Assembly (NCBI GenBank): GCA_963737905.1
Contig: CAVTUQ010000039.1
Location: 32,001-96,000 of the forward strand
DNA: 64,000 bases
Direction: 5' to 3'
Source: an uncultured delta proteobacterium
GTDB taxonomy: Bacteria > Desulfobacterota > Binatia > UBA9968
Shown: positions 18,728 through 28,033 of the stretch, piece by piece
Position numbering within the stretch: the first letter of the stretch is position 1
How the letters are laid out: each line of letters begins with the position of its first letter
Notes under the pieces: model-generated
Told to the model about the DNA's origin: nothing
The model's input: only the letters and a program-made list of their open reading frames with translations
The model's database searches: none
Translations under genes and position numbers: made by a program

Positions 18728-19420
18728 ATGAACGTCGTCTTGTTTCAACCGGAAATCCCGCCCAATACCGGAAGCATCGCGCGGTTGTGCGCGGCAACGC
18801 TCACGCCGCTCCATTTGATCGAGCCCCTGGGTTTCAAGATCGATGACAAGCATCTGAAACGTGCCGGGCTGGACTACTGGGAATTCGTTGACCTTCGGGT
18901 CTACAGATCATGGGATGATTTCTTCACCCGGCATGCCACCAGAAATCTTCTCTACTTTTCCAAAAGAGCGAGCCAATCCTTCACCCGGACTCGATACCAG
19001 GAAGACGACTATCTTGTCTTCGGCCCCGAAACCCGCGGCCTGCCGCAGGAGCTTCTGGACGCCAATCCGGATCGCTCGTATCGCATTCCCATGATGGGTA
19101 CCGGGGTGCGCAGCTTGAATTTATCCAATGCCGTTTCCATCGTGCTCTACGAAGGACTCCGGCAGTTGGGGAAACTGGATCAAACAAGCAAACTTATTTG
19201 GAAATCACACAGAGTTGACTCGCGCAAAAACGCAAAGGCCGCCAAGTTCGGAGAAAAAGAACATTATCTTCTTGCGCTCTTGGCGTCTTGGTACGATGAA
19301 AGTTTCGAATCGTTCGTAAAGTCTGAATACCTCGTCTCAAAAGAGAGTTTTTCAAGGGCGACACTGCTGATCATGATCATCGGGTCTGACCCACAGGGTA
19401 CCCGTCCGGCGATCGCGTAA
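18728..19420 (+). CDS. trmL: tRNA (cytidine/uridine-34-2'-O)-methyltransferase; conserved part ends near 19180 and the ORF reads on through a repeat
   Basis: PEIPPNTG, LHLIEPLGF, RAGLDYW, FGPETRGLP, RSLNLSN, YEGLRQ. Confidence 0.92.
   Translation: MNVVLFQPEIPPNTGSIARLCAATLTPLHLIEPLGFKIDDKHLKRAGLDYWEFVDLRVYRSWDDFFTRHATRNLLYFSKRASQSFTRTRYQEDDYLVFGPETRGLPQELLDANPDRSYRIPMMGTGVRSLNLSNAVSIVLYEGLRQLGKLDQTSKLIWKSHRVDSRKNAKAAKFGEKEHYLLALLASWYDESFESFVKSEYLVSKESFSRATLLIMIIGSDPQGTRPAIA
19221..19293. repeat. Imperfect palindromic element of 8-9 nt units (CGCAAAG/CGCCAAG ... CTTGCG/CTTGGCG)
   Basis: CGCAAAAACGCAAAGGCCGCCAAG ... CTTGCGCTCTTGGCGTCTTGG. Confidence 0.5.
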
Positions 19421-19687
19421 GATTCGCGGGGAACATCTAGACAAAACACAAAAAGTGAGGACAAAGTTTGAAAAAAGTACCGGTTTCCACTTGACGCCCG
19501 CGCTTGTTTCTGGTCTATTTTGCATCCAGTTCGATCGGCCGGTTTGCCGATCCGGTCACTTCATCGATTCGTTCTACATAGCCCGGACTGGATCTTATTC
19601 AGCCGGCTTTTTATTTCGCCGATGGCAGAATGTTTGAAGACGAAAACTCAACGCGTTGACGCTCGTCGATTAGATTGAGGAGGAAAT

Positions 19688-21049
19688 ATGCATCAGTTAA
19701 AAGATGGAAAGAAAATTTCTTGGCTCGCTGTGTTCCTATCCGCGCTCGGGATCGTTTTCCCCACGCCGGCTCAGCCAGCCGATCAACCCGCAGGAAAGCT
19801 CGAAAAAGTGAGGATCGCCTACAGCGCTATTTCTGGCAGCCAACTCGTAGGGTGGATCGCCAATGACGCAGGGTTCTTTCGCAAGAACGGGTTGGATGCT
19901 GAGTTCATCTTTGTCGAGGGTGGGCCGCGGGCCGTCCAGTCCATCGCGTCGGGCGAGGTGCAGTTCGGCGTGGTGGCCGGTGCCCCTGTCATACAGAGTC
20001 ATCTTCGGGGTTCGTCGGTAGTCCTAGTGACGGGATTTCTTAACACCCTCGACTATCAGTTCATCGTTGACAAGAGAATCACCCGGCCGGACCAGCTAAA
20101 AGGCAAGGCTGTGGCAGTAAGCCAGCCAGGATCCTCGTCCGATTTCGCCATGCGCTATGCTCTGGATAAATACGGGCTGGAGCCAGGCAAGGATGTAACT
20201 CTGATCGAAATCGGCAGCCAGCCGGCGCGCTTTTCCGCGCTCGAATCAGGTAAGATCCAGGGGGTGATGATCGCGGTTCCGTTGACTCTCACGGCCAAAA
20301 AGATGGGCTTTAACGTCCTGGCCGATCTTCAGATGCTGGGGCTCGAATACCAATACACCGCAATGGCAACCACTCGAGAGTTGATCAAGTCGCGCCCCGA
20401 TCTCGTCCGGAACGTGGTGAAGGCCTCCGTGGAGGCCATCCACTATGTCAAGACCCATCGTAAAGAGTCCATAGAAATTCTTCGGAAGTATATGAAGACC
20501 GATGACATCGAGGCGCTGGCAGAAACCTATGAAGCCACCGCACTCGCCCTGATTCCCGAGAGGCCCTATCCGACCCTCCGCGGAATTCAGATTATACTTC
20601 AGGAACTCGGCACAAAAGACCCTAAGGCTAAGGCAGCCCGGCCTGAGCAGTTTGTGGATATGAGCTTTGTCAAGGAACTTGATGGTTCGGGATTCATCGA
20701 CCGGCTGTATAAAGCGACGCCGGCTGTTGCCAGCGCTGAAACTCACCCACCTCCTGCTCCAAGCACCACGGAGAAAGCAACGCAGACCGCTCAAAAGAAC
20801 GCGATTGTTTCCGACACCAAACAGAGAACGGAAAAACTAGCTCAAGCCCCCAAGACTTCTTCTTCCGCGTCAACGGAATATACAGTGAAGGCTGGGGATA
20901 CCCTCAGCCACTTGGCACTCGAATACTATGGGAATGCACGCAAATGGCGGCAAATTTACGAAGCTAATAAAGAAACTATGCCAAATCCAAATTATATATA
21001 CATTGGACAGAAGATTCTTGTCCCTGCCGATACGCCGCGAGCGGCGTGA
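19688..21049 (+). CDS. NitT/TauT (SsuA/NMT1-like) substrate-binding protein with C-terminal LysM domain
   Basis: Signal peptide, GFFRKNGLD, LKGKAVAVS..GSSSD, Pro/Thr linker, YTVKAGDTLSHLA..YYG...W..IY.AN...PNYIYIGQKI.VP. Confidence 0.88.
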   Translation: MHQLKDGKKISWLAVFLSALGIVFPTPAQPADQPAGKLEKVRIAYSAISGSQLVGWIANDAGFFRKNGLDAEFIFVEGGPRAVQSIASGEVQFGVVAGAPVIQSHLRGSSVVLVTGFLNTLDYQFIVDKRITRPDQLKGKAVAVSQPGSSSDFAMRYALDKYGLEPGKDVTLIEIGSQPARFSALESGKIQGVMIAVPLTLTAKKMGFNVLADLQMLGLEYQYTAMATTRELIKSRPDLVRNVVKASVEAIHYVKTHRKESIEILRKYMKTDDIEALAETYEATALALIPERPYPTLRGIQIILQELGTKDPKAKAARPEQFVDMSFVKELDGSGFIDRLYKATPAVASAETHPPPAPSTTEKATQTAQKNAIVSDTKQRTEKLAQAPKTSSSASTEYTVKAGDTLSHLALEYYGNARKWRQIYEANKETMPNPNYIYIGQKILVPADTPRAA

Positions 21050-21163
21050 CGACGATGGCACTCAGGGCTAGCTTCCCCGGGATAGTAAAGGGGTTCACGC
21101 TCGCTGCACTGCAAGTCTACACTTGACATAAGCAGTAAAGATTAGATAGCGTTCGCGCATTCT

Positions 21164-22349
21164 ATGCCCGGCCGGCCCTTTCTTCAGATACCAGGCCCGA
21201 GCATTGTGCCAGAGCGCGTTGTTCGGGCCATGTCCCAGCCCCTGATCGATCATCGGGGTCCTGCATTCGCAGCGCTGTTGCGCGAAGTTTTGCAGGGGCT
21301 CAAAGCGCTATTTCGAACGGCCGACGGTCATGTTCTCCTCTTCCCCGGCTCCGGCACCGGAGGATGGGAATGCTCTATTGTCAATACGCTTTCGCCCGGC
21401 GACCAAGTGCTGGGCTGTGTGAACGGTTACTTCAGCGACCTATTTTGCCGCACCGCCACCTCCCACGGTATCGACGTGCAGAGACTGGAGGCCGAGTACG
21501 GCGCGGGCGTGCCGGCCGATGCGATTGAGGAGCGCCTGCGTCGAGACAAGGACCATCGAATCAAGGCCGTTCTCGTAGTCCAAACCGAAACCTCCACCGG
21601 TGTCACCAGCAGCCTTGCCACGGTGCGCAAAGCCATCGACGCCGCGGCCCACCCCGCGCTTCTCTTGGCCGATGTGGTGAGCTCGCTGGGCTGCACGGAT
21701 CTGCGCTTCGACGAGTGGAAACTGGACGTCGCCCTGACCGCTGCTCAAAAAGGGCTCATGCTGCCGCCGGGTATGGCACTTCTCGCCGTGAGTGAAAAAG
21801 CGCTTGAGGCGAATCGCGCGGCCCGGTGCGCCCGCTCGTTTTGGGACTGGCGGCCGGTTCTGGAGAGCAATGCGGAAGGTCATTTTCCCTATACCCCGGC
21901 GACTGCCCTGTTATTCGGCCTGAGCGAAAGCCTAAAGATGCTCTTCGAAGAAGGGTTGGAGAATGTTTTCTACCGCCATGCGCGGCTGGCCGGCGCCTGC
22001 CGGAGAGGGATCAACGCGATGACTCTGCAACCTCTTCGCGCGCGATCCCGAACAATATTCTAATACGCTGACTGCGGTCTCAATGCCCGAAGGGTTTGAT
22101 TCCGACTCGTTCATCAATCATACCCTTTCGCTCGTCGATCTGCCGCTCGGCAAAGGTCTCGGCAAAGTCAAAGGAAAACTCTTCCGCATCGGCCACCTCG
22201 GGAGTATCAACGAGCTTGAGCTCTTGGGCGTTCTGGGCGGAATCGAAATGGCATTAAAAAGCTTCGGCGTGAAGTTGCCCCTCGGCGCTGGTCTGGCAGC
22301 GGCGGAAACTTTCCTGTTGGAAACCACCATCAAACGATCGCCTTTATGA
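21164..22349 (+). pseudogene. Class V PLP aminotransferase (serine/alanine-glyoxylate type), +1 frameshift at about 22031
   Basis: IPGP, IDHRGP, GSGTGGWE, ETSTGV, DVVSS, AQKGLMLPPG, PYTP; second part FRIGHLG. Removing one C restores ...QLFARDPEQYSNTLTAV. Confidence 0.85.
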
Positions 22350-23216
22350 AAATCGATCCGCATAAATGCGTTGCCTGTGGAAACTGTTTGCCGGTTTGCC
22401 CAATGGGCGCGATCTACATCGATCCGTCCATCAACCGGGCACGCATCAATGCGGATGAATGCGTGGAATGCTTTACCTGTTATCGAGGCATGTCGAAGGA
22501 ACATCTCAACCCCATGCTGGTACGAACGATCCGCAAGACCGCGCAATTTTTCCGGTTTCGTTTCGATCCGGAACCCGACATCTGCCCCACGGATGCGATT
22601 GTGCCGGAAGAGTTGAGTTGGCCGAGGGTCGTCCGACGCGCCTTCTCCGATCCTCAGGTGCCGCACGAGTCGACCGGCATTCATGGGCGCGGCACCGCCG
22701 AAGTTAAGACTAACGACGTCACCCACCGAGTGAAGGGAGGCGAGGCAGGCTTCGTAGTGGAGTTTGGCCGGCCGGGGATCGGCGCTCGCTTTCGCGACAT
22801 CGAGCGGGTCACATGGAGCCTTGGCCGAGTTGGGCGTGGAATTTGAAAGCAATAATCCCGTGACTTCGCTTATGACCGACCCTGCGCGGGGTCTTATCCG
22901 CTCGGAGATACTCGACGAGAAGATTCTATCGGCGATCGTCGAGATCAAAACTAGCCTGGAACAGGTGCCTTCGGTCTTGAGGAAAATCAGAGAGCTTTCC
23001 CGCGAGGTAAAGACGGTGATCAGCATCGGCGTCTCAACTCGCTGTGGCGGCGCCGGCGAGGAGCCATTGAAGGAGATTTTGGAGCGCGAGGGCTATCCGA
23101 CTTATCGGGGCAAGACTAATTTGGGACTGGGGCGAGTTACGGTAGTCTCGAGTTCCGAGTCTGGCGTCTCGATTTCAATCCGAAACCAGAAACCCGAAAC
23201 TCAAAACGCGCAATAA
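22346..23216 (+). pseudogene. Ferredoxin-domain (two 4Fe-4S) protein with an uncharacterised C-terminal domain, +1 frameshift at about 22811-22820
   Basis: CVACGNCLPVCP and CVECFTC...ICP; GRGTAEVKTNDVT, EFGRPG; continues ALAELGVEFESNNPVTSLM in the shifted frame. Confidence 0.75.
23146..23207. repeat. Heptamer-unit inverted repeat (TCGAGTT-like / CGAAAC-like)
   Basis: TCTCGAGTTCCGAGTCTGGCGTCTCG ... CCGAAACCAGAAACCCGAAACTCAAAAC; related copies near 24954-24995, 27941-28035 and 52654-52745. Confidence 0.5.
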
Positions 23217-23223
23217 ATCGCGT

Positions 23224-23928
23224 ATGACCAACACGCTTCACCGGTACAGCGAGCACTACGCCTTTGAAACGCCGCCGAACCCGGCTCCGGTCCGGGACGA
23301 CTATATCGTATTCGCCATGGCGAGCAGCGGGATCAACGATGACGATCTGGTCGAGAAATACCGAGCTTTCCTGCGCCTGGCGCTGCAGCACAATCCCGTG
23401 AATATCGGCGACGCCACCAAGGGTGGGATACTCCGTCCACGACAGGACTTGAACCCAAAAGCCCACTGGATGCGTAATCAACAACCCAATCCAGAAGAAG
23501 TCATCGCGGGCATCGAAGGCCACACGACCGTGGCGGCAGTCTTTGACAATTATGCAGACGTGAAGGCCTTTGTACACGATGTCCAATGCGCGAATCTGGG
23601 CGTATCGGTGAATATCAGCGCGCCGATTGACGATGCGGACCGTTGCTGCCGCGAGAACGGGATTACCCGCCACAGCGTGGAATATTCCTTGGGGTTTTGC
23701 GGCCGGGTGGACCGGTTGCCGGATGCCACCGTGCTGGAACTTTCAACCATGTGCGGCCACGGCATGCTTTCCGCCCAGTTCGTCGAGAAAATGATCGATT
23801 GGGTCAAAGAAAACCGCCGCACCCCCGCCGAGGTTTCACGTACGATGGCTCGCTTCTGCAGCTGCGGCGTGTTCAACATCAGCAGGGCCGAACGCATCCT
23901 TGATGAGGCAAGAACGAAAAACCGGTGA
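23224..23928 (+). CDS. Hypothetical Cys-containing protein, probable partner of the upstream Fe-S protein
   Basis: MTNTLHR, DDYIVFAM, HSVEYSLG, STMCGHGM, FCSCGVFN; starts 7 nt after the upstream stop. Confidence 0.8.
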   Translation: MTNTLHRYSEHYAFETPPNPAPVRDDYIVFAMASSGINDDDLVEKYRAFLRLALQHNPVNIGDATKGGILRPRQDLNPKAHWMRNQQPNPEEVIAGIEGHTTVAAVFDNYADVKAFVHDVQCANLGVSVNISAPIDDADRCCRENGITRHSVEYSLGFCGRVDRLPDATVLELSTMCGHGMLSAQFVEKMIDWVKENRRTPAEVSRTMARFCSCGVFNISRAERILDEARTKNR

Positions 23929-23973
23929 GATTCCCGTCGAGGGAACAAAAGGACGGGAAAGGAGAAAAAACAA

Positions 23974-24951
23974 ATGAAGCGCATATTCTTTGGTGTTCTG
24001 GTCCTGACCTTGGTTGGTCTTTGGATTCGACCGTCGATGGCGCAGACCGTTACGCTAAGGCTCGGCCATGTCGGTTTTCCGGGCTCTCTTTTCGCCATCA
24101 CGACGGATGAATATGCCAACCGAGTCAACGCCGCGCTCAAGGGAAAAGTGGAGATCAAGGTCTTCCACTCCAGCCAGCTCGGCAGTGACGAGCAGATGAT
24201 GAGGGGGATCAAAGTGGGCGCTCCGGAGATGGTGGCACCATCAACGGTCATGAGCACCGTGGAAGCGAAATTCGGCGTCTTTGAGATGCCCTACCTCATT
24301 GTCAGCCGAGCCCACATGAAGAAGGTAGCGGAGAACTCGCAAGTCCAGAAACTCCTCTTCCAAGGACTGCCTGCAAAGGGAATCAGAGTGCTCGGAGTTT
24401 GGGAGAACGGATTCCGCCACATCACCAACAACGTGAGGCCGATAGTGAAACCTGACGATCTGAAAGGGATCAAGTTGAGAGTGCCGGGCGGAGTCTGGCG
24501 GGTGAAGATGTTTAAGGAGTACGGGGCAAATCCTTCGCCCATGCCGCTCTCCGAGGTCTATTCGGCGCTCCAGTCGGGCGTCATGGACGCGCAGGAAAAT
24601 CCCTTCCCACAAATCGCGTCGGCAAAATTCTACGAGGTGCAAAAGTTTCTTTCTTTGAGCGGCCACGTGTACACTCCCGCCTACCTGGTGGTGGGGGAAG
24701 AATCCTGGGCAAAGCTGCCGAAAGACAGCCAGAACACGCTCTCGAAGATCGCCTGGGAGATGGGAGACTTTGCCCGCTCCGAAGGCGAGCGGCTGGATAA
24801 GGAGCTGATGGGCAAGCTTGTCCCACCCATGAAATCCAACGAGGTCGACAAAGATGCGTTTATTAAAGGCTCGGCCGGGGTCTACGAAGAATTTGGCAAA
24901 GAAGTACCGGGCGGGACTGATCTGATCAAGGTCATCCAGTCGCTGCGGTAA
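23974..24951 (+). CDS. dctP: TRAP transporter substrate-binding protein
   Basis: Signal peptide, SQLG, WENGFRHIT, DLKGIKLRVP, EVYSALQSGVMDAQENP. Confidence 0.95.
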   Translation: MKRIFFGVLVLTLVGLWIRPSMAQTVTLRLGHVGFPGSLFAITTDEYANRVNAALKGKVEIKVFHSSQLGSDEQMMRGIKVGAPEMVAPSTVMSTVEAKFGVFEMPYLIVSRAHMKKVAENSQVQKLLFQGLPAKGIRVLGVWENGFRHITNNVRPIVKPDDLKGIKLRVPGGVWRVKMFKEYGANPSPMPLSEVYSALQSGVMDAQENPFPQIASAKFYEVQKFLSLSGHVYTPAYLVVGEESWAKLPKDSQNTLSKIAWEMGDFARSEGERLDKELMGKLVPPMKSNEVDKDAFIKGSAGVYEEFGKEVPGGTDLIKVIQSLR

Positions 24952-25044
24952 TATCTAGAGATTCGAGATTCGAGTTCGAACACGAATTCAGAATTGTGCC
25001 CCCTGGCTATCCCAATGCGAAAGAACCACAAGCCATAATCAACC

Positions 25045-25560
25045 ATGGGGAAGATCCTCGACCGCGTGATTGAGCTACTCGAGTGGTGGGCGGTGGTTCT
25101 GCTCGTTCTGATGGTCGTATTGGTCTTTCTCGGGGTTTTCTTCCGTTATGTCGTCGGCGCGGCTCTCGCCTGGTACGATGAATTTGCTTCGTATTTACTG
25201 GTCTGGTTGACGTTTTACGGAGCCGTCGCCGCCTCCTATCGCCGCCGCCACATCGGATTCGAGACGTTCGTTATTCGTCTGTTGCCGAACACTCGAAAGG
25301 GGATCGAGGTGGTTGCCGAGCTCCTTATTCTGGGATTCCAAGTTGTGCTTTTCTACTATGGCTGGCTTCTTATGCGAAAGATGGGCGATGAGACCGCGGT
25401 CTCGCTGGCTTGGGTGAAAATGGGCTGGGTCTATAGCGTGTTTCCCATTACCGGCGGGCTCATGCTTCTCATCAGTCTCGACCGTCTGTTTCGCCTTGTG
25501 TTGCGCAAGGGAGATCAGAAAGGAGCCGAAGTCGCGTGGAGTGGCTCATCCTCGGAATGA
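25045..25560 (+). CDS. dctQ: TRAP transporter small permease
   Basis: Four TM segments, VFFRYV, W.DE...Y..VW, HI motif. Confidence 0.92.
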   Translation: MGKILDRVIELLEWWAVVLLVLMVVLVFLGVFFRYVVGAALAWYDEFASYLLVWLTFYGAVAASYRRRHIGFETFVIRLLPNTRKGIEVVAELLILGFQVVLFYYGWLLMRKMGDETAVSLAWVKMGWVYSVFPITGGLMLLISLDRLFRLVLRKGDQKGAEVAWSGSSSE

Positions 25561-26813
25561 TCGTTCTCCTGACGGTCATCAATGTCCCCATCGCTTTCGC
25601 TCTCTCGATTACGACGATTGTATTCCTTTTGGTGAACGGGACTGCGTCCCTCAGTGTGGTGCCCTTAAACTTATTTTCGGGATCGTCGAGCTTTCCCCTG
25701 CTCGCCATTCCCCTCTTCATCTTGGCCGGCGGCCTCATGGAGACTTCAGGGATCTCGCTTCGACTGGTCAATCTGGCCAACAGTATGGTGGGCTTCATCC
25801 GCGGCGGACTGGCGATGGTGACGGTGGTAGCGACTATGATCCAGAGCGAGATCTCCGGATCCTCCGTAGCGGATGCCGCTGCGATCGGTAATGTTGTGAT
25901 CCCGGCCATGGAGAAGCGCGGGTACCCAAGAGCGTTCAGCGCGGCCATCGTTTCCAACGCAGCGTCTGCCGCGATTCTGATTCCTCCCTCCATTCCCATG
26001 ATCATCTACGCCTGGATGGCCGAGGTGTCTGTGGCCAAGCTTTTTTTTGCAGGCTTTCTACCCGGTTTTCTAGCGGGCGGATGTATGATGGCTCTCAGTT
26101 ATTATTACGCGTGCAAGTATCGGCTCCCGGTTGAACAGAAATTTTCATTACGGTCGGTCGGAAAAACTACGGTACAAGCTTTCTGGGCGCTGTTTATTCC
26201 ACTCGTAATCTGGGGCGGAATCTTTCTCGGCATCGCCACCGCCACCGAAGTCGCGGCGCTGGCGGTGATTGCGGCATTCATCATCGGCGCGTTCATCTAT
26301 CGCGAGCTGCCTGCACGCGAGCTCGTGCGGGTCTTGAGGGACTCCACCGGGCAGACCGCGGTGGTCATGCTCATCGTGGCCTCCTCGGCGGTGCTCGGCT
26401 GGTTTCTCACCAGCGAGCAGATTCCGCAGAAGTTTGCTCGCCTCATGCTTGAGACAACATCAAACAAATACGCGATCCTTCTCTTTCTGAACATCTTCTT
26501 TCTTATTGCAGGGATGTTTCTCCATTCGGCCGCCGCGATCATCCTCATCGTCCCCATCGTGATGCCGCTGATCCGGCAAATTGGATTGGATCCGATCCAT
26601 TTCGGCATCATCGTGACCATCAACCTCGGTGTGGGTCAGCAGACCCCGCCCGTCGCGACGGTGCTGTTTACCACGGCCGCCATCGCACGCTTGCCCTTCT
26701 GGGAAGTTTTCAAAGCGGGATGGCCGTTCACCGTTGTTCTGGCCTTAGTCACTCTCCTGGTTACTTATGTACCATGGATCAGCCTCGGATTGGTCAACCT
26801 CGTCAATTGGTGA
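25536..26813 (+). CDS. dctM: TRAP transporter large permease
   Basis: LLAIPLFILAG, SGSSVADAA, LIPPSIPMIIY, TATE, GLDPIHFG, TPPV. Confidence 0.95.
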   Translation: MEWLILGMIVLLTVINVPIAFALSITTIVFLLVNGTASLSVVPLNLFSGSSSFPLLAIPLFILAGGLMETSGISLRLVNLANSMVGFIRGGLAMVTVVATMIQSEISGSSVADAAAIGNVVIPAMEKRGYPRAFSAAIVSNAASAAILIPPSIPMIIYAWMAEVSVAKLFFAGFLPGFLAGGCMMALSYYYACKYRLPVEQKFSLRSVGKTTVQAFWALFIPLVIWGGIFLGIATATEVAALAVIAAFIIGAFIYRELPARELVRVLRDSTGQTAVVMLIVASSAVLGWFLTSEQIPQKFARLMLETTSNKYAILLFLNIFFLIAGMFLHSAAAIILIVPIVMPLIRQIGLDPIHFGIIVTINLGVGQQTPPVATVLFTTAAIARLPFWEVFKAGWPFTVVLALVTLLVTYVPWISLGLVNLVNW

Positions 26814-27001
26814 TCGGCCCGCCAGCAGACTTCGAAGCGGAAAGAGTATGCAAAGGAGTTAGCCAAAAGGAGAATGCGGGCCGGCCGTTTGCGAATGCTA
26901 GACTTCAGGTCGGTGCTTGCCGCAATCACGCACCTGGACATTTGTCTGCCCTTGAAGTAAGGGGAAGATAAATCAAAAATCTCCAAAAGAAAGGAACCGT
27001 C

Positions 27002-27940
27002 ATGCCCACATTAATCACGGGATTGGGTTTAGTTGGAACATCCTACGCACAGCTCGCGCTGAAGCGCGGCGAGAGTATCGTCTTCTACGACGTGGCGCCA
27101 AGAAAAGATTTTCTGGCGCTCAAGCTCGGGACAGCAAACGTCACGGTGGTCCAAAGAGACGTACGTGATCTTCCGGCACTGGTGGAAACGATCCAAAAAC
27201 ACAAAGTGGATAAAGTCATCCATACTGCGGGTTTGATCGGCGGCAAAGTTGCGCAGCCGATCTACACCGGCATGCAGATCAACGTGATGGGGACCATCAA
27301 CGTGGCGGAGGCGGTGCGGTTGACCGGCGTAAAACGCCTCGTGCAAATCAGCACCTTCGGGATCTACGACCGGCGCGGAGGGGAACCCGGCCCCATCGAT
27401 GAAAGCTTTCACCGTGGGCCCGGCGAACCTTACGGCAATTCCAAAGTGGCCAAGGAATTGATGGTGGAGGCTTACCAGCGCCTTTATGGATTTGAATTGA
27501 TCGTTCTCCGCCTCGCCAATGTCTATGGCGTCGGGCACTTTGCTGGCGGCTCTGCCGGCGGCGAGATGGTGCAAACCATGCTGCAAACCGGCATTAAAGG
27601 CGGCGTCGCGAAAATCGCCCAGGAGCAGGCTCGTGACTTCGAATATATCTATTACAAGGACTTGGGTCGTGCCCTGGACAAGGCCGCGACGGCTCCCCTA
27701 ACAGCTCCGGCTACCTTGAATATCGGTACCGGCGTGGTCATTAAGTTCGATGATCTCGTAGCAACCGCGGAGAAACTGCTGCCCAATCTGCAAGTGGAAT
27801 TGATCCCGGGAACGCGGTCCCGAAGCGCCAAGCAACCCATGGTCATCGCCAAGGCCAAGCAGCTCCTAAACTGGGAGCCTGAATACAATTTGGAAGCCGG
27901 GTTCAAGGATTACATTAAGGAACTTAAAGAATTAGGTTAG
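27002..27940 (+). CDS. NAD-dependent epimerase/dehydratase (extended SDR)
   Basis: ITGLGLVG, HTAG, INVMGT.NV, YGNSK catalytic motif, R.ANVYG. Confidence 0.9.
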   Translation: MPTLITGLGLVGTSYAQLALKRGESIVFYDVAPRKDFLALKLGTANVTVVQRDVRDLPALVETIQKHKVDKVIHTAGLIGGKVAQPIYTGMQINVMGTINVAEAVRLTGVKRLVQISTFGIYDRRGGEPGPIDESFHRGPGEPYGNSKVAKELMVEAYQRLYGFELIVLRLANVYGVGHFAGGSAGGEMVQTMLQTGIKGGVAKIAQEQARDFEYIYYKDLGRALDKAATAPLTAPATLNIGTGVVIKFDDLVATAEKLLPNLQVELIPGTRSRSAKQPMVIAKAKQLLNWEPEYNLEAGFKDYIKELKELG

Positions 27941-28033
27941 TCCGGGTCCGCGTGGTTTTCGGATCTCGATTCGAGGTTTCGGGTTGTGAGAAGGTGCACA
28001 CTGACACCCGAAAGCGGGGCTTCTAACGTGTAA

